Of a stretch of 64,000 nt of DNA, positions 52,258 to 64,000 are shown one piece after another; within the stretch, counting starts at the first letter, position 1; each line of letters starts with the position of its first letter. Source of the stretch: Gordius albopunctatus (Eukaryota); contig OZ193909.1 in NCBI GenBank assembly GCA_964276515.1, forward strand, positions 248,001 to 312,000, written 5' to 3'. The notes under the pieces are model-generated. The model saw nothing but the letters and a program-made list of their open reading frames with translations. It did no database searches and had not been told where the DNA came from. The position numbers and the translations under genes were made by a program.

Positions 52258-55100
52258 TGCTTACCAATTCCACCCCTGGCTTCTAACTTTGAAGAGGCTC
52301 CCCTATTGCCAATTCCTAGCCCCGTCATCCCCCCATCCTTACAATACTCCCCATCAATAAATCAACCGCCTGACTCATCTTGGAGCAATTCTTTTTTAAC
52401 AAACCCATTTCCTAATACTATCTCCAGAATCCCAAGAGGAGCCAGACCTTCCATCCAACAATCTCTGCTAAATATATTCACTTCCATTATCAAAAACCCT
52501 TATAACTTAACCAATTGGGACAAACTTTTTAAATTCCCATATTATATCCTTTATGTTAGGGAACCTAATGAACATAATTTATCAAGCCTCATCAAGGAAT
52601 CCCTTCTGTGTTTTAATACTGATGTTCCCATTACATGCACAAGTAAAACAAAACCCTTTCCACTGGAACCCACAATTTACCAAACAACCAAGCACATTTC
52701 AAATAAAATCCATAATTTCAACCCAAAAAGTGCCCTTAGAGCTTTTTATGATAACAACTCAATTGCCCCTTGTTGCCCTGACTCTTATAGGGAGCTTAAT
52801 CAAAAACACCTAGCAGCATCATCAGCCAGTAGATACCCCACATCTCCACCATCAATAGTGCTCGAGTCTTCAGACATCCGTGAAGCCCTTAACTCCTTTC
52901 CTTTGGACTCCGCAGCCGGACTCGACGGATGGCGCCCAGTATATCTACAAGATTTACTCAACCTGAATAATTTAAATACTGAACCTCTTTTAAATTCTAT
53001 TACTTCCTTTTGTAATATCATTGTTAACGGAAAATTTCCTCATGAAATCATCCCTATTTTATTCGGTGCAAAACTTATCGCCATCAAAAAACCGGATAAT
53101 TCAGTTAGACCCATCGCCATTGGAAGTCTTTTTCGCCGTATTATATCAAAAACCCTCTGCAAACTCATAAAACCCTCCTTATCCGCCAAGCTCCGCCCTC
53201 ATCAACTCGGCTTCGGAATTAAAGGCGGATGTGAGGCAGCCAGCCATGCTGGCCGGATCACACTCCAAAATATTCCCACCGAGTCCTGCTTTGTTAAATT
53301 AGATTTTGCCAATGCTTTTAACTGCATTCGAAGAGAAACCCTTATTAACACTTTTTTAGCTGAATTCCCACAATTCGTAAATTACATTTTATTAAGCTAT
53401 GGTTCTACAACCAAGCTTCGATTCGGCGAATACATCATTGACTCGTCCGAAGGCATCCAACAAGGAGACCCATTAGGCCCTCCTTTGTTTTGTTTAGCCA
53501 TTCATAATTTAGTCGAGGCTATATCATCTCAGTGTATTCTGGATTTAAATGTTTGGTATCTCGACGACGCCACCCTATGTGGCCGCCCGGAGGAGATCAG
53601 TAAAGCTATACAAATTATCAACAATTTTAAACCCACTCTGAATCTTACATTAAACTCGAAAAAATGTGAAATCTTTCAGGCCCCCAACACTATTGACTTT
53701 CCAATTTTTAAACCTTTTTTAGTTTTAGAGAAGGAAAACATATCCCTTTTGGGATCACCCATTGGCGGTGAAAAATCTCTCTTAAATTTTCTTCATAAGA
53801 ACCTTGAAATTTTAAAATCTAAAACGGAACTTTTAAAATGCTTGCCAGCGCATCACTCATTTTACATAATCAAAAACTATTTTAACATCTCAAAGATTAA
53901 TCATTGTTTTCGCTCATCTGGCGCATTTTTACACCCAGACGTTTTAAAGTCGTACGAAGGCTTTTTAAAAACGTTATTGGAAAAAATTTTAAATTTAAAA
54001 TTTAATACTAACAATTGGATTCAAGCATCCCTCCCAACCAAATCTGGAGGATTAGGAATTCGCCCTCCCGGCAGCATATCGCTAGCCGCTTTTATTTCCT
54101 CTTTTAAGTCGGTCCAAAACTTAATTTTTAATCTCATAAAACATGATTCCGACCCCCTGCTAACTCAAGCCTTGGAGCTTTGGAATTTGAATGTCACACC
54201 CGAGACCATCCAACCTCAAAGTACGAGACAAAAGGATTGGGATTCCGGACTAGTATCGCGCTCCGTTGATTACCTCTTATCGAGCAGCGATGATAGCCAC
54301 AGCCAGCATTACAACCTTAGGTCCCTCGCTTTTGACGGTTCCGGTCACGAGTGGCTTGAAGCCTATCCCAGCAAACTTTTGGGAATGCTGCTTGAAGACT
54401 TTGAGCTATCATATTCCATAGCTTTAAGGTTGGGGATTAGTTACAGCAGAGAATTCAACTGTCAAAACTGCCTTACCGTTGTAGACGAATATGCTAGGCA
54501 CCCTCTACACTGCCTAGCAAACAAATATAAATACGTTAGGCACACTAAAGCTAATTTATTAATTCAAGCTGCCCTTAAAAAGGCCAAAATCCCCTCAATC
54601 CTTGAGCCATCCGATCCCTCCCTTGAAGGTAGGATGCGCCCTGACGGCTCTTCTCTAGTCCCCTGGCAAAATGGCCTATCCCTCAAATGGGATTTTACTT
54701 GTATCGACCTTTTTGCCCCTTCCCATTTTAATTACGACCCTATCGCTACAGAAGAAGGGCGTAAAACTACAAAGTATTCTGCCCTTTTGGCATCCAATAT
54801 TTTTATCCCTGTCGTTGCCACGTGCTCCGGTTCCTTTGGCAAACAGGCAATGGGGTTTTTTAAAGAAATCGGAAAACGCACCCCGAAATCTAAAATTTCT
54901 GCGTCCTTTTTACTCAGGCAACAACTAGGGATTCTTGTTGCACGATACAACTTTAAATCCTTTGCCGACTCATGGCCCATTTTAGAAGAGAATGATATAA
55001 ATCTTTGTATTTAACCAATATGTCTTTATTTTTGTATTTCGCTTATTAATGTAACTTTGTTTCTTGAAAATAAACTTTTTAACAAAAAAAAAAAAAAAAA
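52253..55100 (+). mobile_element. CRE-like (RLE-type) non-LTR retrotransposon, 5'-truncated with uninterrupted ORF
   Basis: 902-aa ORF 52306-55014: RPIA, LDFANAFN, QQGDPLGP, WYLDD, GGLG, CxxC...H..HC, RH and RPDG...WD endonuclease. AATAAA and poly(A) to 55100. Confidence 0.92.
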
Positions 55101-55110
55101 TTAAGATAAG

Positions 55111-55373
55111 CAAGAAAGAAATCAGCCGTCGCTACCCGCCTTCTAAATTTTCCACAAATTTTTTACTTAAACAAAAAATTGGTATTTTTATAGCAAAGTA
55201 CAATTTTAAATCTCTGGCCGACAGTTGGCCACTTTTACAAGATGACACATGCGACATTTTTGAATCATAATATTTTTATTTAGTTTTACACCCGCTTTTA
55301 TATTCCTCGAATGTTGACACTTCGTTTTTATAATGTTCTTACGTTCAAATAAATTTATAATTAGAAAAAAAAA
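55111..55373 (+). mobile_element. 3' end of a second, diverged CRE-like element
   Basis: KEISRR...AKYNFKSLADSWPLL resembles the C-terminus of the preceding ORF; own AATAAA and A-tail. Confidence 0.8.
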
Positions 55374-55479
55374 GTTATTTCACTTCTTCAACATTTATAC
55401 ACTTGATAAATGATTGTTTTAACATTATGTAAAAAATGGTCAAAACATAATTTCTCAATTGGGAATTTAATTATTTTGA

Positions 55480-57520
55480 AGAAAATCAAAAAAGGCGGAG
55501 GACTATCAAGAGTATAGGGAGGCAAAGAGAGCTGCGAAAAGGTCGTTAATAGCGAAGAATGTAGCCTACACCGAGGAGGCAAACAAGCTGGATAATAAAG
55601 GGGACGAATTGGCCAAGATAAGGGAAAAAAAAGTCGCGATGTCGTAGTTTTTTAAATAATCAAAAACGAGTAGGGTCAAATCAAGGAAATGGACAGGTGG
55701 AAAGAATATTTTAAGGTACTTAAATATTGCAAATGACAAAGATTATCTTCCCGCTATTGAGCTAAACATAAGTATTGTCGGCCTCAATTAGGAAGATGAA
55801 TTTAGGAATTAACAAGATGATGCCGAGGAGTCACGACCATGATCTACCTCTTTAGCAAAATATTAGTAGAAGAGCGAATTTCTAATCAATGGAAATCAAG
55901 CACGATTATATCCTTATTCAAAGGCAAAGGAGACCCTCAGGAGTGTGGCAATAATAGAATTATCAAGCTAACTTGCCACTCCTTGAAGCTTATGGAAAGG
56001 ATCTTAGTAACAAGGCTGAAAAACAAGGTGAATATTGGCTAACCTATTTGGATTTGTGGCTGACAAACCCAGAATTGATCCAATCCTCGCACTAAGACAA
56101 ATGATGGATTAGTATATAAAAGATAATAGACCGATGTAAGGTGTCAGCAGCCAGCTTAGTAACTCCAAACACCCCTTTTGATTGGGTAAAGGGATGATTA
56201 ATGGCTTTTCCATACTCTCTCTCTCCAATGGGATTGGGCAGAGGCGTGATTGGTGAGATTTTTTGAGAGAATTTTAGCTTGTGTTACCACCCAGCGTTCG
56301 TTCATCGTGTTACTATTGATACATTGTTCTTAAGTAGGCAATAAATCATTCCTCCTTTATACTAAACTTTAACTACCCAAAAAGCACATTATTATTTTTT
56401 GCATACTAAAATTCCTTGTACCCTTTATAACTTATAATAATTTGTCTGTTTTTGCAAATATTTATTTATTTCTATGGGGGGGGGGGGGGAGAAATCATCC
56501 TAAGGTAGATCCCAGCTCTATAAAAATTTATAAATATATATTTAATATAAAAATAATAAAATAAAATAAGTAAATATTTTGTCTATATTTAATTATACAA
56601 AACTTTAAAAATTTAATATAATAACCAAAATACAACGCTTAAAAATAGGAAAAATTGACCTTTGATTGATTGACAGCTCATATTTAACACGGCTGGCATC
56701 TGTCATACTACACCGACATATGGTATTTATCGACTTGTAGAAGCTTATGACACGGTACCTTGCGATTTAATATGATGGTGGAAAATAAAATATCCCTGGC
56801 GCATATATAGAGCTTATGAAAAATATTTATTTTGCCTCAAATTGTTGTCTTAGGACGACAGTTGGAGACTCTAAACCTTTTTGGATTGAAATTGAATTAC
56901 ATCAAGGATCTGCTCTAAGTCCCTTTTTATTTTATATAATTATAGAAACGTTAACGAGGGACATTCAAAAGCTATTGCCATGATGTAGGCTATATGCCGA
57001 TGATATAGTACTATGCGAGGAAACCAGGGAGAAAGTATTCCTAGCGCTTAGCTGGATATAGTTTAAAGGTCAACGATCGAAAAACGGTATACATGGAAAT
57101 GAACATTACAGGCAGCCAATCGCTGGATGACCATCTAAAGCACCCAAAGTTAGACAGGTTTACATACCTCCGCTCGATTCTATATCAAGAGGGAGGTTGC
57201 GCAGCAGGAGTTAATGCCCGGATTCACAAAGAATGCCATAAATGGCGAAGTATATCCGGTATAATATGCGACAAGAAAATTCCAATATGTTTAAAGAGCA
57301 AAGCTTACAAATCAATCGTAAGACCGGTGTTACTCTATGGCAGTAAAACATGGGTATTAAACACTACGGAAGGAAAGCTATTACAAGTCACAGAGATGAA
57401 AATGATACGGTGACGCTTGGGGTGTACTAAGCATGATCATATAACGAATGACTTTCTCGTGACAAAAATTGGTATTCAATCTATGGCGAACATGATTAAC
57501 GAAAATCGGCTAAGATACAA
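55480..57520 (+). mobile_element. Degraded RTE family 2
   Basis: Collinear with about 25950-27086 and extends further 3' (YKSIVRPVLLYGS). Confidence 0.85.
56135..56712. mobile_element. TGT...ACA insertion with 4-bp TSD (Ginger-like non-autonomous element or solo LTR)
   Basis: TSD CCGA (56131-56134 / 56713-56716); terminal inverted match 15/21; the RTE sequence resumes on removal. Confidence 0.7.
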
Positions 57521-58185
57521 TAATTTTTTAACACCCTCGACAATTCCCGAAAATATATCTATGAAGAACATTAATTATGAGGGTAAAAATCTTCTTAAAT
57601 AATGTATCATGTTTTTTAAGCATTTTAATAAAGTAAATAGATCTTTAATCATAATTTAATGTGAAACGTAAATTTTTTTATAATAAACCACTTTCAATGC
57701 AGCATTGTGACATATCACAAAATAACAATATATAGTTTAACACGCTATTAAAGAAATCAGAAGCAAGTTGTTTTTACGTATATTTTTAATATTCAAATGA
57801 TGAAAATCAAAAAGCTAATATGATAGAGTTTCACTCTTCCCCATCCACATTAGAATATATACAATTGATTAAAGCTAGCCAACATAATCTGTCTTTGGGC
57901 TCGATGTTAATATTTTGTACTCTTGATTATTTCTAAATACATATTAATTAATTAAGATGACAGGAAATAAAATTCGCAATAACTATTAACTATCAAACAA
58001 AATTTAAGTGTCTTGTTTATATATAATAATTTCCAGGCCAACCTTGAAATTACTTTATAAAATTGGTAAACCTAGTTTCTCTCGCTAGGTTATGCACTTA
58101 TTCTGAATAGAAATATGAAGATGTAGGTATTGATATAAAATACAAATCAATGTAAATTTTTCTTTTATTAATCAAAATTTCACAA

Positions 58186-58656
58186 TTTGATGCACACCGA
58201 CATTAAGACTGAATCCCTTTGATGTACCGCTCGATGTCGTACTTTGTTTTTATTACTATACATATCTTTCATTAACATTATATAAACGTCGGGTTAACTA
58301 TTTGAACTCAGGCCATCCCATAGCAACTACCTTGGAACTTTATCGAACGCTTGCTCAAGATCGATGAAACACATATAAACATCCTTTTTCTTATATAATT
58401 CTATAAATCGCCTGAGATTTAATATTGCATCTGAAGTTGACTTTCCAGGCATTAACCCAAATTATCGTTCAACTATTGAGATTCTTTTTCGAAGTCTAGC
58501 TTCTTTGATTTTTTCCCACACCTTCATTGCATGACTCGTTAGCTTATCGCTAGATAGTTATTAAACTCCTGTACATCTACCTTCATTTTATTGATTGGTA
58601 TAACATAGCTTTCTCTCCACTCATAAGGCATCATACCAGTTGCAAATATTTTGTTA
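58186..58656 (-). mobile_element. RTE family 1, RT fragment
   Basis: Reverse complement similar to 2360-2810. Confidence 0.8.
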
Positions 58657-59920
58657 TTAGCCCCCAAAGAGTAGATACGTTGGGTTCCCATAGCTATTTA
58701 ACAGAAGCTGATGGAATTCAGGAAATTGTAGTATGAACGGTTCAATAAAGACGGCTCGGTTTACGCTATTAAAAGCATTTTTAAAATCGAGTTTCACCAG
58801 GAGGTCATTTGATGAGAAAGACTCGATAAATGTTCGAGCTATATGGAAAGCAGCCTCGCATCTTCCTTTCACGCCATTACCAAGTTGGTTTGGGAGGAGA
58901 GAAGCCGTTAAAGATGAACCGATTCGAGAGGTAATTATTTTGGAAACCATGCGTCGGAGGACTGATCCAACAACAATGAGTCGGATCGAACCATCTGGTT
59001 TTTTAAAAGCAATGAGTTTTCCACCAAATAGGAAAGGAGCTATTTCAGAAGGAAAATGCCCCATCCTTATTATGTTATAAAGGTTTGTTAAGTTGGCTAG
59101 GAGAGCATGTGAGCCGCTAAGTTGAGGTTTGATGAGGTCCTGAAGGTAAATTGATCGTATCCAATCGAGGCCCCCGGCTGAGTCCTTTTTGAAAGACATA
59201 AGAGCTTCGGCTACTTTCTGGAGAGTGAAGTCCATAAGGGGAGTATTTGAGTAGTTTAGGAGGTTAGGCGGTAATGGATAACCTTTGGGGTGTTTTTGCT
59301 GGAGGAGGTCAAAGGTGGTATTAGTGATTGGCGCCATTGAGTCATCAGATTCCAGGATTTTAAGAGCTGAACGGATTTCCATGCTATTAATTTTGTTAGC
59401 AATCCTTTTAGCTTTGTTGTCAACTGGATGATTGCTGTGCTTTACGGGTGGTTTCAAGGGATTAAGGAGATTAAATTCCAAAATTGATGCTTTAATGTCC
59501 TTTTAAAGGTGCTTTGTACCAGGGTTGGGGATGGCTAGAGTGTGAAAACTGAGGGTAAAGAGGTTTTCCCAATTCTTATGATTAGCCGGGTTGTGTATGA
59601 TTGGGGTAATAATTTGGTTTAGGAGGGTACTAAAACATTCTAGAGCACCTCTGGGAATCCTAGAGATGGTATTAGGTTTTTGGATCCTTTTTTGGCTAGC
59701 CCAAGAAGAGTCATTTTGTTTCGAAAGATTCTCAGGAGCCAGCACGTGCTCAGGGGTTGCGTTGTGGTGGCTGTTAAAGAAACTCTAATTGGAGATTGTT
59801 GAAGTACTTGGTGGAAATGAGTTTGATAATAGGCAACGGTTATCACGGGGGCCATAGATGATAAATTTGCCAGCTTTAGTGAAAGTCTTATTGCAAGATG
59901 GGCAATTTGTGGTAGGCATT
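58657..59920 (-). mobile_element. CRE-like element, N-terminal and RT part, 3'-truncated
   Basis: MPTTNCPSCNKTF...YGPRDNRC N-terminus, then NTISRIPRGA, DSAGGLDW, KKPDGSIR and LDFKNAFN, all homologous to the 52306 ORF; frameshifted. Confidence 0.85.
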
Positions 59921-62490
59921 TCAAATGGGTTAAATAGTAATGTAACAGTTTATATATAAGAAATAGACATAGTTATATTGAGTATAGTGGAAGGATAAAG
60001 GAAAACCTTAAGGATAGAGTGAGTAGCATTGCAGTTGTTTTAAAAAAAAATGTTACCTTGGTTAGATAATTTATTTTGTAAAAGATACTGGATTGCATAT
60101 TGTAAATGTTGGTTGTAATTAAGTTAAAAAGTTGGCTAATAAGATATTGTAAATAATTTTTATTTTTGGGTATATAACTTTAGGTCTAAATATGTGTAGA
60201 AAAAATAAACCATGGATACTAATAATATAGCGATAAGAGATGTATAAATAGTTGAAATACTGTTGCCATATTGCATGTGAGAGTTTCTAGGTTAGTGATT
60301 AGAGGATCCATTTTTCCCTAAATAGTAATGATGATGTTAAAAAGAGAAAGAATGGGTGAGGTAATTGGTCTTTTGGAGCAATCTGCCTTATTGCATATTT
60401 GGGTGTGTTGTAGTTGGCCAATCTAATTAAGCGTGAGAGACTAGTTATCGCCTGCGCGAGATTCATAATTAAGCGTGAGAAAATAGTGATCGTCTGCAGA
60501 GATTCCTAATTAATTGTTTGTTTAAGGCACTAATTAGAAGCAGATAAATATGTAAAAGGCGTGCCTCGTATTAGTGGAGATGTGTAGTACATCGAACTGT
60601 CGGCATCCCTCATACAGAGTGAGAAGTGCATTTAGTCCTGCGGGAGTAGATATTTAGTTTTCTAATCGGAACGGTAGTCCTGCGGGAGGGGGGCGATATG
60701 TTTATTTCTCATTTTAGACACGCAGTCCAGCGGCAATTATCTAACAGAGCCAGACGTTCCTTAATCCGATACCTTCCTTTTGTCCGTAGACTTTACTCAT
60801 TCCAGGCTATTGGTTGTACGGATTAATCTCTCCGGCCATCGTTCAACATTTACCTTATCCGATCGTTATATTTATTTATTTACTACGACAAGTGTACATA
60901 TTATATTTATTTGGAAATAAAAGGATTTACGCACTATATTAGGGTGTTGTTGAAAAATTTCTGGTTAAATTAGTAAAGGATTCAGTTTGCTTTGAATAGT
61001 AGAGATGATGTTGAAAAGAATGGGTATGGGTGGTAATGGGTCTTTATCGGTAATTTGCTTGATTGCTTATTTGTGTATTTTAAGGAGTGAACTCTTTAAA
61101 AATAATTGTTTGTATGTTCGGACATCTTAATATTGCCGAGCAGATCCTTTGGGGGATAGACACTTACGTGTGTAGAATGCAATATGAATAGGAATAGATA
61201 CCATAATGGATAAAGTGGATTAATGGCAATTTTTTTGTATTGGTTATATAGAATTGAATAAATCTTGAAATTTATTCCAGCTGGTTATATATGTTCAATA
61301 TTACTAGAGAGATGCGTTGAAGTGTAAATCTTCATGTTTAAAATGTAGTATGTCTTAATGTGGATTTATTGGATAGATATTAAGGGATTTATTGATTTAT
61401 ACATTAAGTTGTATAAAGAATTTGTCTTTGATATGGGTTTGATTGATTGTAAAAATTGAGCGAATTTTTGGTGGACTATGATTTCAAAATTGTGCGGCGG
61501 CCATTTTATAAATTCCATTTAACTTTTTTTATTTGCCCTTTCCAAATTGGAAGTATTGTAAAAATTGAAATATCTAAAATCAATAATAAAAGCTTATTAA
61601 TATGTAGATAAAGGTAATGAGACCTTTTCACTGTCCTGACGAAAGGTTTAAGTTTTTCTAATCTGAAAGCGAAGATCACAATTTTAAATTTAAACATAGA
61701 ATATTTAGACAACTTTCTTTTAAAATAGATTTATAGTTCGATGGTAATTTAATTTTTTTGTTTAATAATAAAAACTAAAACTCTTTCTTGAGCAAGGCTG
61801 CTGTCTTGGAAATTACATTGATGTGAAGTCTTAAATCATCTTTCATTTTCAATTATTAAACTCTACCTTTTATTCGTTGTATGATGTAAGGTTAAGTGGC
61901 TAAGTCTCGACGGTATGAGACTATTTGCAAAATTTAAACTTACGAGGCTTAGTGTTCCTTGATAAGAATTGAACAGTTGTGCAAAAAAATAGAAAGTATT
62001 TTGCGTAATTTTTTCGTGTTTACCTAGTCACATTCAACACATTTAACTACCTATCCGGTGTCTTGCATTTATACTGTTTATTTTTAGAGTTAGCTTAAGT
62101 TTAGGATTAAGGTCATTGTACGGTCGGGGATTAAAGTAATAAATTGCGACTACTTTATGTTAGCTGCGAAGAGCATCTTTATTTACACGAGAACCTCTCT
62201 TTCATTTAAGCCATATTACATTTAGCAACTTGGTAATTTAACAGTGTGTCTAATAAAATTAATTGGTGGTTAGAAAAAATAGTGCAAACTATCTATATAA
62301 GACCTGTGTGGTAAATTTGGTAAATAGTTTATTTGAAAAGATATTCTTTGATACCCTATATATACATATAGTGTTTAATACTTTGATATTATATAATTGT
62401 AGATTTAGGCAAAAATAATATAACAACGCTAGAGTATTTCCAGTATAATATAGTACATGGCAGTGTGGTTATTAACCTAAGATAATTAAA

Positions 62491-64000
62491 TTAGGATGTT
62501 GTATTACTCTTTCCACAAGTGACTAAACGATTCATTATTTGATTGGAGCTTTCACGCACCAACGAAACAAAGCTTGTCTTTAAGAAAGATTTTCTAGGCT
62601 GAGTATGTGAATTATCAGTATCATCCACAGTAGATATAATCTTGAATGGAGACTTGAGATTAATGCCTATCACCGGTTCCTGAACGTGTTTTATTTGAGG
62701 TCGTCGCTTAAATTTTATGGCATGTAATTTCCGATGAGTGGTTATAAGTAACGTGTGAGCAATTTGTTCATAGTCTATAGTATTACACAATTCTCGCTTT
62801 TGCCCGTTTGATATTTCTATGAATTGTACGTTATCCGACGGTGACACAATTTTATAAGAGTATATGCAAACATGATTTGTAATGTTCAGATATTCACAAT
62901 TATGATAGCCTTCAACTTTCGTCGGAATTGTGGCAAAACTTTGTTTGAATGAAGATGGATCAAAATGTAAAAAATAGATCTTTACCATCGTAGGTGATTG
63001 AACAGCCAACACTAAAACGTTTGTCCACAAGGATATAGCCACTGCTTCTGCATTACGTCCAAGACCTGTCAATCTTTTTGTGTGTATTTTCTCGCCATGT
63101 GAAATAAGTAATGCACCTTCCTTGAGGTACACTAACAAGTTTCCGCGCGCAACGAAATTTTTCAAACGAGTATAGGGAGGTAAGTGAAAATAAAATATGG
63201 CGTCGTCAAACGGCATACCGAAATTTATAACTTGGACGCATCGACCAGTCTTAAGATTCCATACTCGAGCATCACCTTGCAGTGAAAACGATGTAAGTAT
63301 CGAATCAAATATCCGTAAGTAAAGGACCCTCTTCGGATGTCCCTTCATGGTATATAAGAGACGCACTTTCGGCGATAGGCTATGCGTTTGCAGGATACCA
63401 GTCTTGTAGCTTTGGTTTTTATGGGAGTGTCCTGAAAGTCTCCATACCTGGACGGTATTGTTGGGGCCATCAGTAGCCACTATATTTTGCCATACACTTA
63501 CGGTTTCGGGTGAATGCGCAGAAAGAAAACCAGCCACTTGAACAACCACTAATGTTTCAGCTCCTTTACCATAGGTAGGTGGAGAAAGAAATGGTTTATC
63601 GAGGGGTTCCGCAAATGTTAGATCAAAAGAGTTATTTGTTTGATTCGGAGATAATGCGTGAGGTGATCGGTATTCGTCGAGGGTGCATATTGTCATGGTG
63701 TTGTCGTAACTTATGGTTAAAAATCTCAAAACATTCTCACGACCACGGGATTGACAGGGATATAATATAATATCAGTCACGGCACTTTTATGTGCCCTAA
63801 CTTGAGCAGCGGGATGCGATAGTGATTTTCTGGAAAAGTTTTCCGAACCTAATGAAGCAAAGGCGCACCCAACGGGCAATTGAGGATTTATTGAAATATC
63901 CCAAACAGCGATGTCGCCATTGCAATGTCCTGTCACTACATATGTTCCCGCCCAGAACTTTGAAGCCGTTATGTTAAGGCCATTTATATCGTTACCGGAA
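62491..64000 (-). CDS. WD40-repeat protein, large 3' exon running off the window
   Basis: VTGHCNGDIAVWD, AHKSAVT and GHPKRV...DARVWNLKTGRC motifs; the frame stays open to the window edge. Confidence 0.7.
   Translation of the reverse strand, partial: SGNDINGLNITASKFWAGTYVVTGHCNGDIAVWDISINPQLPVGCAFASLGSENFSRKSLSHPAAQVRAHKSAVTDIILYPCQSRGRENVLRFLTISYDNTMTICTLDEYRSPHALSPNQTNNSFDLTFAEPLDKPFLSPPTYGKGAETLVVVQVAGFLSAHSPETVSVWQNIVATDGPNNTVQVWRLSGHSHKNQSYKTGILQTHSLSPKVRLLYTMKGHPKRVLYLRIFDSILTSFSLQGDARVWNLKTGRCVQVINFGMPFDDAIFYFHLPPYTRLKNFVARGNLLVYLKEGALLISHGEKIHTKRLTGLGRNAEAVAISLWTNVLVLAVQSPTMVKIYFLHFDPSSFKQSFATIPTKVEGYHNCEYLNITNHVCIYSYKIVSPSDNVQFIEISNGQKRELCNTIDYEQIAHTLLITTHRKLHAIKFKRRPQIKHVQEPVIGINLKSPFKIISTVDDTDNSHTQPRKSFLKTSFVSLVRESSNQIMNRLVTCGKSNTTS

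Overview
AT-rich animal (invertebrate, probably ecdysozoan) nuclear DNA with very short spliceosomal introns; it is not prokaryotic. Host genes: a ZP-domain/cuticlin-like gene (+, 3' exons), mitochondrial prolyl-tRNA synthetase (PARS2, -), two convergent paralogous class C (mGluR/CaSR-like) GPCR genes, ZFAND4 (ubiquitin-like + AN1 zinc finger, -), an acidic orphan ORF, UMP synthase (UMPS, -) and the 3' part of a WD40 gene (-). Roughly half the window is transposon-derived and often nested: two RTE LINE families, three Ty3/Gypsy elements, a solo LTR, MULE and hAT transposase relics, CRE-like RT/RLE non-LTR elements, a non-autonomous Helitron, a Ginger-like element and several MITEs. Best leads: (1) structured RNA at RTE 5' ends, namely a degenerate twister-like motif and a covarying hairpin/pseudoknot shared by both RTE families; (2) a GPCR pair with reciprocal changes at predicted ligand-pocket residues, a near-identical internal tract and a conserved upstream nuclear-receptor site; (3) an in-frame Gypsy protease-hAT transposase chimera; (4) tandem CRE-like insertions flanked by a 10-bp direct repeat. 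All calls are by eye; no searches were run.
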